A DNA stretch of 64,000 bases. Origin: an uncultured Planctomycetales bacterium. GTDB taxonomy: Bacteria; Planctomycetota; Planctomycetia; Pirellulales; PNKZ01. The stretch lies in NCBI GenBank assembly GCA_963710365.1, contig CAVQAC010000015.1:496125-560124 (forward strand), given 5' to 3'. Position 1 is the first letter of the stretch; every line of letters starts with the position of its first letter. The position numbers and the translations under genes are program-made. The notes below the pieces were generated by a model. That model was not told where the DNA came from, did not search any database, and saw only the letters and a program-made list of their open reading frames with translations. Positions 21,748-31,128 of the stretch are shown piece by piece.

Positions 21748-23301
21748 ATGACGGTTCCTAGTAAGGTCACACACAGACCGAAGAGCGAGGTCGCCGTATT
21801 GATTGTAGGCGCCGGGCCTACCGGGCTCGTGCTCGCGCTGTGGCTGACCCGGCTTGGAGTTACGGTGCGGATTATCGACCAGACTGCCGAGGCGGGAACT
21901 ACGTCTCGGGCCTTGGCCGTACAGGGGCGAACGTTGGAATTCTATCGCCAGTTGGGAATTTCCGACGCCGTGGTCGAGAATGGCGTCAAGATTGCGGGCG
22001 TCAATCTCTGGGTAAAGGGCGCTAAGGCCGCCCGCGTGCCGCTGCAGAGTATCGGAGAGGGCTTGACCCCCTTTCCATTTGCATTGGTCTTTCCGCAGGA
22101 CGCCCACGAACGCTTGTTGATCGATCGGCTGAGTATGTTGGGGGTAAAGGTGGAGCGCCGGACCGAGTTAGTGCGATTTGATCTTGGCCGCGAGTGCGTG
22201 CGGTCGGTGCTCCAGCGTCCGGATGGCTCGCAGCAGTGCTGCGCTGCCGCCTATCTGGCGGGCTGCGACGGCGCGAGTTCGACTGTTAGGGAGGTGCTTG
22301 GCATCGGCTTTCCCGGCGGAACGTATGCGGGCCGGTTCTACGTCGCTGATGTCGAAGCCGGTGGCCCGGCGACTGACCATGAACTGCACATCGATCTCGA
22401 TGAGGCTGACCTGCTGCTGGTATTTCCTATGCGGGGTAAGGGCCGCGTGCGCCTGGTCGGAAACGTGCGCGACGAACCGCGAGGCGAAGAGCGGGAGTTG
22501 ACTTTCGACGATGTCAGCCCGCGTGCCATCAGCCACCTGAAGCTGACGATCTCGAAGGTAAACTGGTTCTCGACGTACCGAGTTCACCACCGGGTGGCCG
22601 GGAAATTCCGGCAAGGACGGGCATTCCTTCTTGGAGACGCGGCCCACGTCCATAGCCCTGTGGGCGGTCAGGGAATGAACACGGGCATTGGCGACGCAGT
22701 GAACTTGGCCTGGAAGCTCGCCGCCGTACTGAATGAAGGCACCGCAAACCGCCTGCTAGATACCTACGAAACGGAGCGGATCGGTTTTGCCCGTCGACTC
22801 GTCGCGACCACCGACCGCGTATTTTCTCTAGCCACGGCGCCGGGACATCTCGCGCAACTTGTCCGCACCCGGCTCGTCCCCTGGTTGGCTCCGACAATGT
22901 TTCATCTTCCCGGCGTGCGACCGTCCTTGTTCTGCACGGTGTCGCAAATCGGCATTCAATATCGCAAAAGTCCGCTGAGCGCGGGCAGGGCGGGAAGCGT
23001 CCGCGGCGGCGATCGTCTGCCTTGGGTACAAATTGCTCCGAACCAGGATAATTTCGCGCCGCTCGTTTCGCTTGGTTGGCAGGTTCACGTCTATGGAGAA
23101 CCGCGAGCCGACGTGGCCGACTCATGCGCGGAATTGCGGCTGCCACTCCATGTCTTCGCCTGGCAGTCAGCAATGAAGGCAGCTGGCCTGAGGCGCGCAG
23201 CGCTCTATTTGGTCAGGCCCGACGGTTATATCGCTCTCGCTGATCCCCAAGCCGATCCAATGAACTTGCGGCGTTATTTTACCCGGCTCAACGAGCCGTA
23301 A
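21748..23301 (+). CDS. FAD-dependent aromatic-ring monooxygenase (FAD_binding_3 type)
   Basis: ATG at 21748. 'VAVLIVGAGPTGLVLALWLTRLG' is a GxGxxG motif. 'GRAFLLGDAAHVHSPVGGQGMNTGIGDAVNLAWKL' is the flavin monooxygenase fingerprint. Confidence 0.85.
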   Translation: MTVPSKVTHRPKSEVAVLIVGAGPTGLVLALWLTRLGVTVRIIDQTAEAGTTSRALAVQGRTLEFYRQLGISDAVVENGVKIAGVNLWVKGAKAARVPLQSIGEGLTPFPFALVFPQDAHERLLIDRLSMLGVKVERRTELVRFDLGRECVRSVLQRPDGSQQCCAAAYLAGCDGASSTVREVLGIGFPGGTYAGRFYVADVEAGGPATDHELHIDLDEADLLLVFPMRGKGRVRLVGNVRDEPRGEERELTFDDVSPRAISHLKLTISKVNWFSTYRVHHRVAGKFRQGRAFLLGDAAHVHSPVGGQGMNTGIGDAVNLAWKLAAVLNEGTANRLLDTYETERIGFARRLVATTDRVFSLATAPGHLAQLVRTRLVPWLAPTMFHLPGVRPSLFCTVSQIGIQYRKSPLSAGRAGSVRGGDRLPWVQIAPNQDNFAPLVSLGWQVHVYGEPRADVADSCAELRLPLHVFAWQSAMKAAGLRRAALYLVRPDGYIALADPQADPMNLRRYFTRLNEP

Positions 23302-23366
23302 TCGCCGGTCCCGATCAGGGAGACGAGGGGCTCCTCGCCGCGAGAGCGATCATTTCTGCTTTCTCT

Positions 23367-23522
23367 CTACCCGCGCCCTCGCTTGAAGAATTGAACTTGT
23401 CGTTCATGTTGTTCGGCCTTTGCCCGCGTTGAGAACGTGCCCAAGTTTCTTCGCTTGCCTGTCTTGGGGTCGAGTTTTCTCGAATACAGTCGATACTCGC
23501 CCGAACTCAGTTTGCGTATCAT
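23367..23522 (-). CDS. Small conserved basic protein (51 aa)
   Basis: GGAGGA (complement of 23529-23534) precedes the ATG at 23522. 'MIRKLSSGEYRLYSRKLDPKTGKRRNLGTFSTRAKAEQHERQVQFFKRGRG' is a motif I recall from widespread ~50-aa hypothetical proteins. It is below the ORF-track cutoff. Confidence 0.6.
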   Translation of the reverse strand: MIRKLSSGEYRLYSRKLDPKTGKRRNLGTFSTRAKAEQHERQVQFFKRGRG

Positions 23523-23696
23523 GCGTTGTCCTCCATTCGTCGATCGTCAAGGCTTATGAGCCGGTTGCTCATCGGTCTAGCAAGCCATTCCAGCCTAAAA
23601 CCCCGCCCGGGATGAAATCGTCCGGTGGTTCCTCCGGCGGACTATGACCGGCACATTCGCGTTCTGATTTCTTCGCGGTCACGGCAGTACTCCTGT

Positions 23697-24459
23697 TCAA
23701 AGCGTCTCCTGCGGATGGCTGGTCGGCGAAATCGCGATTTCGAATCTACGAACCGGCAGTCGATCGGGAACATCTCGCTTGAGAGCAGATGCTGCCACGT
23801 TGAAGACTGGAATGCCGGTTCCCGTCCGCCCTTCGCAGCTTCCGCGATGTGCGTGGCCATGGAAGGCAACCGACACGCGATACGCGCTGGAGCGGCTCTT
23901 CAAGCCGGCTGCAACCCAAAAAAGGGAAAATCTCAGGGGGCTCTCCCGCGACCGTAGCCGCGATCGGCGCGTAGTGCAGCATCGCTACAATCTGCGGCGT
24001 CCGCAGTTGCGCCAGGGCCGTTTCCAGTTTGAGAGACTCGTTCACCGCTTCCTGGACGTAGGCCTTGACCGCCGGCTCGCCCCACGGCTGTAGCGTGCCC
24101 CGCCCAAAACCTCCGCCAAAGCCTTTTGTACCGGCAAACCCCACGCCATTGATCTCACATGCCGAGCCGTCGAGCACGCGGATGCCTTTCCCGACAAGAA
24201 TTCGGGTGACTTCATCCTGCCGACCTGACTCGTAGTCGTGATTGCCGAGAACTGCCAGCACGGGAATATTGACGTGCCCTAGCTCTTTCGCAAGTCCCTG
24301 GGCTTCGTCTGGCACACCGCGATCGGTCAGGTCGCCGCATAGCAAGAGTACGTCGGCCCCGGCCGCCAATTCGTGGAACGGCAAAACTGGACCGGCGTGC
24401 GTGCTGCCGTAGTGCAGATCGGCTACGGCGGCGAGTCGCAAGGGGCGAGGTTCTACCAA
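23697..24459 (-). CDS. Metallophosphoesterase-family protein, one frameshift near 23884
   Basis: 'LRLAAVADLHYG', 'LLLCGDLTDRG' and 'LAVLGNHDYE' are present. The C-terminal 'VSVAFHGHAHRG' block lies in the overlapping ORF 23697..23903. Confidence 0.8.
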
Positions 24460-24617
24460 GTGGATTTCTCCTTCCCGCGCGGACTGAGAAGCTGTTGGTC
24501 AGTTCGTGGAATGTGTCCGCAAACAGCATGCCACCGCGGCATGCCGTTTGCCGTTCATCGGCTAAGCATGTCTAGTCCAGGTTTTCTAAACGAGTCTCAT
24601 TGAACCGGCGCTTCACC

Positions 24618-25121
24618 ATGCCGTTCCACGCGTCTGCACGGAAATTCTATCGCCAGGTTTTGAAGACCTTATCTGCCGCCGAAATCCGCTTCTTAGTCGG
24701 AGGCGCCTATGCGCTTCGCGAACTTACCGGGATTTGCCGAATCACCAAGGATCTGGATGTCTTTGTAAGCTCCGCCGACCTCAGCCCGGCCTTGGCCTCA
24801 CTCGAGGTGGCAGGATACAAGGTAGAGTTAACGTACTCACACTGGTTGGCGAAAGCGCATTGTGGTCGGAAATTCGTCGACATCATTTTCAATGCCGGGA
24901 ATGGCTTCTGCCCGGTCGATCGTGGCTGGTCTGAGCATGCGACCGAAACTGCGGTCTTGGGCGTACCAGTCAAATTGTGTCCCGCCGAGGAAACCATTTG
25001 GCAGAAAGCATTCGTGATGGAACGCGAACGCTACGACGGGGCCGACGTCGCCCATTTGCTGCTGCCGCCATTTGGTGCCATGACGCCTCAGCAAGTGGCC
25101 GATTGGGCGTTCGACGCGTGA
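24618..25121 (+). CDS. Putative nucleotidyltransferase-family protein, apparently C-terminally short
   Basis: 'IRFLVGGAYALRELTGICRITKDLDVFV' (a GG...DxD-like NTase block) and 'PAEETIWQKAFVMERERYDGADVAHLL' are present. Homologs I recall continue for about 80 aa more. That tail is absent in all three frames. Confidence 0.5.
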   Translation: MPFHASARKFYRQVLKTLSAAEIRFLVGGAYALRELTGICRITKDLDVFVSSADLSPALASLEVAGYKVELTYSHWLAKAHCGRKFVDIIFNAGNGFCPVDRGWSEHATETAVLGVPVKLCPAEETIWQKAFVMERERYDGADVAHLLLPPFGAMTPQQVADWAFDA

Positions 25122-25465
25122 ACCAATCTACCGTTGATCGGCAGCCGCTCGCAGGGAGCCGACGCCCGTTGGCTCGGCGCCGATTTCGGGAATGGTACTT
25201 TGGCGCTTGACTCAAGCGATTTTTAAATCCCCCCTGCCCGGTCGCGGGACCGGTTTTCGCAGTCCTGGTTCTGAACAATCCAGGCTGGATTTGAATCGAG
25301 CCATGCGCGAGCTGGGTCGCGCTGCCTCAGTTCCTATTTGGACCGTCCCGAGCGTTGGCATCGGGCTTGCACTGATGAACCCCCAAGCCGACCGCCCCCT
25401 TTTGGGCGGCCGCCCGTCGCTTATGCGGACTGAAGCCAATTCATTCGCGAGTAAATCCGACTTTC

Positions 25466-27140
25466 TTGCAAAGGTCAACCGTGATTTCTCTCAAGCCTGC
25501 GCACATGTCGCGTTACGGAGCGATCGCGAAACTGTTGTTCAAGTACGGGCACGGCGATCTGGTTCATAAAATCGGCCTGGAGTCATTCGGTGATTCGGCG
25601 CGATCAGAGTCGAATGCCGGCCCGACATCGTTGGCAAAGGATCTGGAGCAATTGGGCCCGACCTTTATCAAACTAGGTCAATTACTCTCCACGCGGGCCG
25701 ATGTTCTACCGCCTGAATACCAGGAGGCACTTGCCCGACTGCAGGACGATGTCGAGCCGTTGCCGTTCGGCATCATCGCACAGACGATCGAGAAGGAATT
25801 ACAGGTGCGAGTGAGCCACGCCTTCTCTGACTTCGAGACGACGGCGATCGCGGCCGCTTCGATTGGCCAGGTTCATCGTGCCCGCATGCGCGATGGTCGC
25901 AGGGTCGTCGTTAAAGTTCAGCGACCCGACTTGCGAGCCCGGGTTGATGATGATCTGGCTGCCATGCAGGAACTGGGGGCCGTTCTCGACGAACACACTC
26001 AGCTAGGTCGTCGTATCCGTTTCGTGCAAATCGTCGAATCGCTCCGCGAAGTCATGACATCGGAGCTCGATTTCCGGCAGGAAGCCGAGAACTGCCGCAC
26101 GCTGAAGAAAAATCTCGAGCAGTTCGACCGGTTCATTGTGCCGCGCGTCATCGACGACTTTGTCAGCGAAAGAGTGATTACGCTTGAATACATCGAAGGG
26201 GCCAAGGTCACGGATCTCAGTTCCGTGGTGCTATTGGAGCTCGATCGCAAAATGCTGGCCGATCAGCTGTTCAAAGTGTATTTGCACCAGGTGCTGATCG
26301 ACGGGGTGTTCCATGCCGATCCTCACCCGGGCAACCTGCTGCTTACTCCGCACGGGAAGATTGCACTTATGGATTTTGGGATGGTGTCGCGCATTGCGCC
26401 AGCGACGCAGCGCCAGTTGCTCAGGCTATTGATGTCCTTGAGCGAAGGGCACGCGGACGAAGCCGCGCAAGATGCGATGGCCCTTGGCAGGCCGTACAAA
26501 AAAGGAGAATTCCATGAAGAGGAATTCCGTGAAAAAGTTGCCCGGGTGATCACGTCCAATCATGGCAAACCGCTGGCGGCAGATTCAAGCCGGACGACTT
26601 GTCATGGACCTCGACGGCCTAGCTGGAGAAACGGGCCTGAAACTTCCGAATGCAGTCGTGATGCTGGGCAAGACGCTCCTCAATCTCGACAAGGTGGTTA
26701 GCGTTCTCGACCCGGAGTTCGATCCGAATGCGGCCCTCCAGCGGCACACCACCAAAATGCTCGTGCAGCACAGCGCAAACCGGGTTGGTCCAGGCCGTTT
26801 GTATCATGCGCTGTTGGAGAGCGCGGAATTCGCGGAACGGCTTCCGGACCGCGTGAACAAGTTCGCCGACCTGCTTGCGAACAACAAGTTGCGAATCGAC
26901 GTTGACGCGTTCGACGAACGGCGACTGATGACCGGCCTGCAAAAAATAGCCAATCGCATTACCGCTGGCCTGATTCTCGCCGCCATGATCATTAGCGCAT
27001 CACTGATGATGCCGCTAAAGCTGACTCCGACGTTGTTCGGCTACCCCCTGCTGGCGGTGCTGTTCCTGTTAGGGGCGGCTTTGGCTGCCTGCGTCTTGCT
27101 TTGGCGGATTGCTTTCGGCGATGAATGGTCAAACCAGTAG
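25466..27140 (+). CDS. ABC1/UbiB/AarF-family atypical kinase, one frameshift near 26578
   Basis: 'LGPTFIKLGQLLSTRADVLPPEYQEALARLQD', 'AAASIGQVHRARM', 'VVVKVQRP' and 'FHADPHPGNLL' are present. The C-terminal TM-containing part lies in ORF 26562..27140. The start is uncertain (TTG 25466 or GTG 25481). Confidence 0.85.
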
Positions 27141-27956
27141 CGGTTCATTGGCAATCGAGTGGACGGCGAATTCGGGGAGAGATTGCCATGCGACCTGTAA
27201 GGAACCTTGGGCCGAATGCTCTCGCGGAGGATTCAGTGCGTCGAGCCATTTCGTTGGGCTATAGCCGCTTTCTTTGACTGCTGGCGACCTCGGACCGACT
27301 TCGGCGCAAATGGTCCTGCGAGTTGCGTTTTGCCGCCTCATGGCTCCCCTGCCCTTGCCGCATCTGCTGTAAACGGTTTTCAAGTTCGCCTTTTCGGACC
27401 GCAGAGAGCTTCTTGCGTTTTATGACCGACCACGCAGTGCCGTGATCCAACAGGTGCCTATTACGTTTGCTAGGAGTAAGATCGCAGTGAATTGTCTGGG
27501 AAGTCATTACATACTACTGTCCAGTTCGCAAAGATTGGTTGATATTCTTGGCGGTGCGAATGAAATCAACGTCATCCTGGCGAATGGTTCGGAACTTCAG
27601 CAAGGCATGAGAAATGCTCTGCGGGTGCGCGGGGCATGGGTTCGATGCGGAATCTGCGTTACTGGGTTTCTAGAAGGAAAGGGAGATGACCATGCGATTA
27701 GCAGTTGTTTTAGGAACAGTCGAAATCGCGATAGCCTTGACAACTTCGTTTCAATATGGCGAGAAACAAACCAAACCGGACGCTGCAGAATCGGCGCCGA
27801 CCGCGCCTTTAGCGGCGGCCAGCCTGACGGAGCGACCAATCGAAATCGCCACGGCAGCGGCTCCCTCGCGGAATTCCCCACGTATCGAGCGGCCGAATGG
27901 CAGGCAATAAGCCGCCGACAGGCGGCGTCGATTCTCTACTGTGGATGGAACGTACC

Positions 27957-28171
27957 ATGCCGGAAAAAAAGACCAGCCCAGAGGGCCGAAAAGGACTAGC
28001 TCGCGGGAAAATCCGCCGGTGCTCAAGCCGGTGAATTCGCGCGCGAGGAAAGTCGCTATATCCGCGAGGTGAGGCGCGGTGCGCCGATCGGCGAAGCAAG
28101 CGATCGCGATTGGGCTCTCGGCTAGAACCAAGGCGGCCCCCTCATCGTCGTCTTCCGGAAGATCCCCGTGA
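27957..28171 (+). pseudogene. Small 'KQAIAIGLS'-motif protein (recalled as DUF6496-like), two frameshifts
   Basis: Three frames give 'MPEKKTSPEGRKGLARGK' / 'SAGAQAGEFAREESRYIREVRRG' / 'RRSAKQAIAIGLSARTK'. The indels lie in an AAAA run near 28005 and near 28080. It is not visible in the ORF track. Confidence 0.5.
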
Positions 28172-28178
28172 ACTTATT

Positions 28179-28373
28179 ATGAATCTCTCATCCTTGAAAA
28201 TGACAACCGATGAACTGCAAGCGGCAAGGGAACAAGTCGCCCGCAGCGCCTACTTGAAATGGCTCGGCGCCGGTCAGCCAGCCGATGACGGGCTTTCCTT
28301 CTGGCACGCTGCCGAACGGGAATGGATCGAACAGAGCTATGTTCCAAACCGTGAATTAGCGCAATCAGAATAG
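28179..28373 (+). CDS. DUF2934-family small protein
   Basis: ATG at 28179. 'AREQVARSAYLKWLGAGQPADDGLSFWHAAEREW' matches the DUF2934 signature. Confidence 0.7.
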   Translation: MNLSSLKMTTDELQAAREQVARSAYLKWLGAGQPADDGLSFWHAAEREWIEQSYVPNRELAQSE

Positions 28374-28771
28374 TGGCAATGCGACAGATAGATAGAACAG
28401 AACTGGAGTCAGTCCGAGGCGCACTCCACGCGGGGCTCCGTTATTCGACGGACCGAGGTCCCGGGTTCCGACGCATCGGCAAGGGGCGGACGCTGTATTA
28501 CGTCAACTCGCACGGGCGGCGCATACGAGATCGAAGAACATTGGAGCGAATCCGTGCGTTGGCGATTCCCCCGGCATGGAACGATGTCTGGATAGCTCCC
28601 CATGCCAATCAACATCTGCAAGCGACCGGGCGGTATGCCAGGTGTCGGAAGCAATACCGTTACCATCCCCATTGGCGCGAAACGCGAGACGCTGCGAAAT
28701 ACGAAGGCCTAATCGGCTTCCCGCCTCTCCGGCAAAAGACGCACGCACCGGTCCGGCGATCAGATGTGTGA
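28373..28771 (+). pseudogene. DNA topoisomerase IB, N-terminal fragment only
   Basis: 'GLRYSTDRGPGFRRIGKGRTLYYVNSHGRRIRDRRTLERIRALAIPPAWNDVWIAPHANQHLQATGRYARCRKQYRYHPHW' is the bacterial Topo IB N-domain. No catalytic C-terminal domain follows in any frame. 'GRYARCRK' replaces the usual GRDARGRK. Confidence 0.7.
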
Positions 28772-29277
28772 GCAATTAATGCGCACACTGGTCGGGCGCT
28801 GACCACTGCCTGCAATTCTGTCGTACCATCGAGTCGAACGTCGACGGCTCCATTAAACGTCCGTATGGCCAAGTGTCGATAATGGGCTGGGACGGTAAAG
28901 GCTCTCCGTGGATGAACGCTGGTTGCCGACTGGACACGGCGACCAGCTTTTTCCAAGGCAGTCAATTACTTCGGAGAACTGCTCGGTATCTGTGATGAAA
29001 CTATGTCAGGAAAGCCGTTACGACACCTGGGTGGCTGGGATCGGCGACATGGTTTTTTTCATGGAAGATCCCCCGAATCCTGGCCACGAATCAGACCACG
29101 GTAGAAATGTGGTTCGATAAGCCCAGAGTTGCCAGAACTGTTCAAGACAATTGGAAAACTAGAGCCGCCCTGAACGATCGAGGCCAAGAATCACTTGCTC
29201 GATCAGCGCACGATAAACCTGGTCCCTTTGCCACTCATGTTCAGACAATAGGCTATGACAGAAAAGGAATTCGAGTC

Positions 29278-30492
29278 ATGGTACGGTGTCTCACACTCTA
29301 CTTCGGCTGTCGGATCCTTCTCGTCAGCCTGGTTCTATGCGGGTTCACTCTTACAACCCAGTTAACTACTGCTGCCACTCCTCCGAGTTCGACGGAGCTA
29401 AACAAAAGCAGCGACGACGCAGCCGCTGTGACGACTGAGATTATCCGGGAGCAGCATCCGAATGGGTTGCTAAATATCGAGCGTCACGTCGCACAAGACC
29501 CGCAGGGCAACTACGTAAATCACGGCCCTTGGTCCATGTGGGACGACAAAGGTCAACTCGTCGGTCGTGGCACGTACCGGTGGGGCTTGCGTCATGGGGC
29601 GTGGGAGCGTCACTTCCGCGACCGCGAAGCATCCATGCTTTCTGCATCGCCGGCGAGGGATTTCACCGCTCCATTCGTCTCGAATGTTTCATTTGTCCAC
29701 GGTGATTTAGACGGTGAATGGTCTGTTATTGACGCACAGTGTCGGAAGGTTGTCTGCTGGAAATTCAACCGTGGCGTTCGTGACGGGACGAGTACCTGGT
29801 TTTTTCCTAATGGGCAAAAATGCCGAGAGGTCGAGTATGCGAAGGGCGAAGTGGTCGGCCAAATAGCAAACTGGACCGCCGATGGAAAAACCATTGCCGA
29901 AGGACAATTGGTCGAAGGTCGAAGAACCGGTGTCAGGATCGAGTCTTATCCATCCGGGGCGACGCGAATTGAAGCACAATACCTGTTCGCTAAAGAGGTC
30001 GTCGATATCCGTGATGATTGGTGGAACGGCACCAGCGAAGTTCGTATCGTTGAAAAGCAGGGAAAAGACCAGCGGCACGGCCGTTGGATCGCCTTTTATC
30101 AAGATGGTCAAAAAGCCCTCGAGGGCGAATACCAACATGACTTACCGATCGGGACGTTTGTGTGGTGGCATCCCACAGGCCAGAAAGCGATTGAAGGCGA
30201 TTACAAGGATGGCCGGCAGTCCGGCTACTGGGCCTGGTGGTATCCGAGCGGCCAGGCGCAAATTCGCGGCGAGTATTTGGCGGGCCAGGTGTGCGGCAAA
30301 TGGATCTGGTGGAAAGAAACAGGAACGATCGCCCAAGCCCTGAGCTACGACGCTCAAGGGCGGCCTTCCCGTTCGCAGTCTACGTTCGACACAGTGGTTT
30401 CCATCCCCGATCCGCAGCGGTTACCGACGCTGCCGATCGTACCGACGCCTCTGCGAACTGCAAATCGAGGTCCAACTAGTAACATCAAATAG
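29278..30492 (+). CDS. MORN-repeat-variant protein (YwqK-like repeats), membrane-anchored/secreted
   Basis: ATG at 29278 gives a hydrophobic N-terminus 'CRILLVSLVLCGFTL'. Repeated 'G.W..W.P.GQK...G.Y..G...G.W' units are present, for example 'GTFVWWHPTGQKAIEGDYKDGRQSGYWAWWYPSGQAQIRGEY'. Confidence 0.7.
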   Translation: MVRCLTLYFGCRILLVSLVLCGFTLTTQLTTAATPPSSTELNKSSDDAAAVTTEIIREQHPNGLLNIERHVAQDPQGNYVNHGPWSMWDDKGQLVGRGTYRWGLRHGAWERHFRDREASMLSASPARDFTAPFVSNVSFVHGDLDGEWSVIDAQCRKVVCWKFNRGVRDGTSTWFFPNGQKCREVEYAKGEVVGQIANWTADGKTIAEGQLVEGRRTGVRIESYPSGATRIEAQYLFAKEVVDIRDDWWNGTSEVRIVEKQGKDQRHGRWIAFYQDGQKALEGEYQHDLPIGTFVWWHPTGQKAIEGDYKDGRQSGYWAWWYPSGQAQIRGEYLAGQVCGKWIWWKETGTIAQALSYDAQGRPSRSQSTFDTVVSIPDPQRLPTLPIVPTPLRTANRGPTSNIK

Positions 30493-30518
30493 GACACCGC
30501 CCCACGAGCAAATTGAAA

Positions 30519-31110
30519 TCACAAAACCTTCATTCGATCGATCAGCTCTCGGTTCGACGATTTGTCGGGGTTGATGTCCCGCCAATGGCAGTCTTTGGAG
30601 AATGGCCCGCTAGCTCTGCCGTGTGGATGCCGTCGCTGGAATCTGGCGATGGTATCGTGAAGCACGCTGGTAGTGTGCTCGTCGGGCCGGTCTCTCTTTC
30701 CCTTTCTTCGCCAGCTCGCGCGGATTGAGTGGCTTTCCGAAGGTGACATGGATTCACCGCAGCCATGGGACGAAACTTCCGGGAGGCAATGCCTCACGCG
30801 TTCCGTCGAGCGCCACTGGTTTGACTGAGGCAGGGTACCTCTCGAACAATAGTTCGGTTCCTGGCTGTAACGGCTCGAACTTGCCGGGTCTTCGAATGCC
30901 CCCTTGGGACTGCCACAACCAGGTAGTGCCCGTTGCGCGAAACGGACGCACCGAATGTAAGGCTCGACGCTGCCGCCCGCTCAATTAGCAAAGTTCGCCA
31001 GTTGCGGGTTCGAACCAGGACGTTTCGGTAAACTCTGCGGCCGACTTCCCGGATTCGATCGGGTTGCCGGATTCGTGCAGTGAACCGTGTGGTAGAGTTC
31101 CGTTGCAGTC
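30519..31110 (-). pseudogene. Possible IS200-like/REP-associated tyrosine transposase (RAYT-type) relic
   Basis: Minus-strand frames give 'ELYHTVHCTN', 'SRNGHYLVVAVPRG' (a degenerate HxH-hydrophobic block), 'RAVTARNRTI...TSG' and 'WRDINPDKSSNRELI', in the order expected for this family. They are spread over three frames. The match is from memory of the family consensus only. Confidence 0.3.
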
Positions 31111-31128
31111 GACCGGACTTGATGGAGC

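Noticed and set aside
27129-27507. Possible RHH antitoxin plus toxin pair on the minus strand
   Set aside because: 'KKLSAVRKGELENRLQQMRQGQG...LRR' only loosely fits a CopG/RHH pattern. The downstream frame matches no toxin family I know. I kept it only as a note within the decay-patch finding.
27686-27910. 74-aa ORF with a GGGAG-like RBS ('MTMRLAVVLGTVEIAIALTT...')
   Set aside because: It is plausible as a small secreted protein, but it is Ala/Pro-rich and low-complexity, has no family, and lies in a region full of relics. The evidence is insufficient.
31001-31020. tRNA-like T-loop string 'gcgggttcgaaccagg'
   Set aside because: No complementary T-stem, acceptor stem or anticodon arm can be drawn on either strand.
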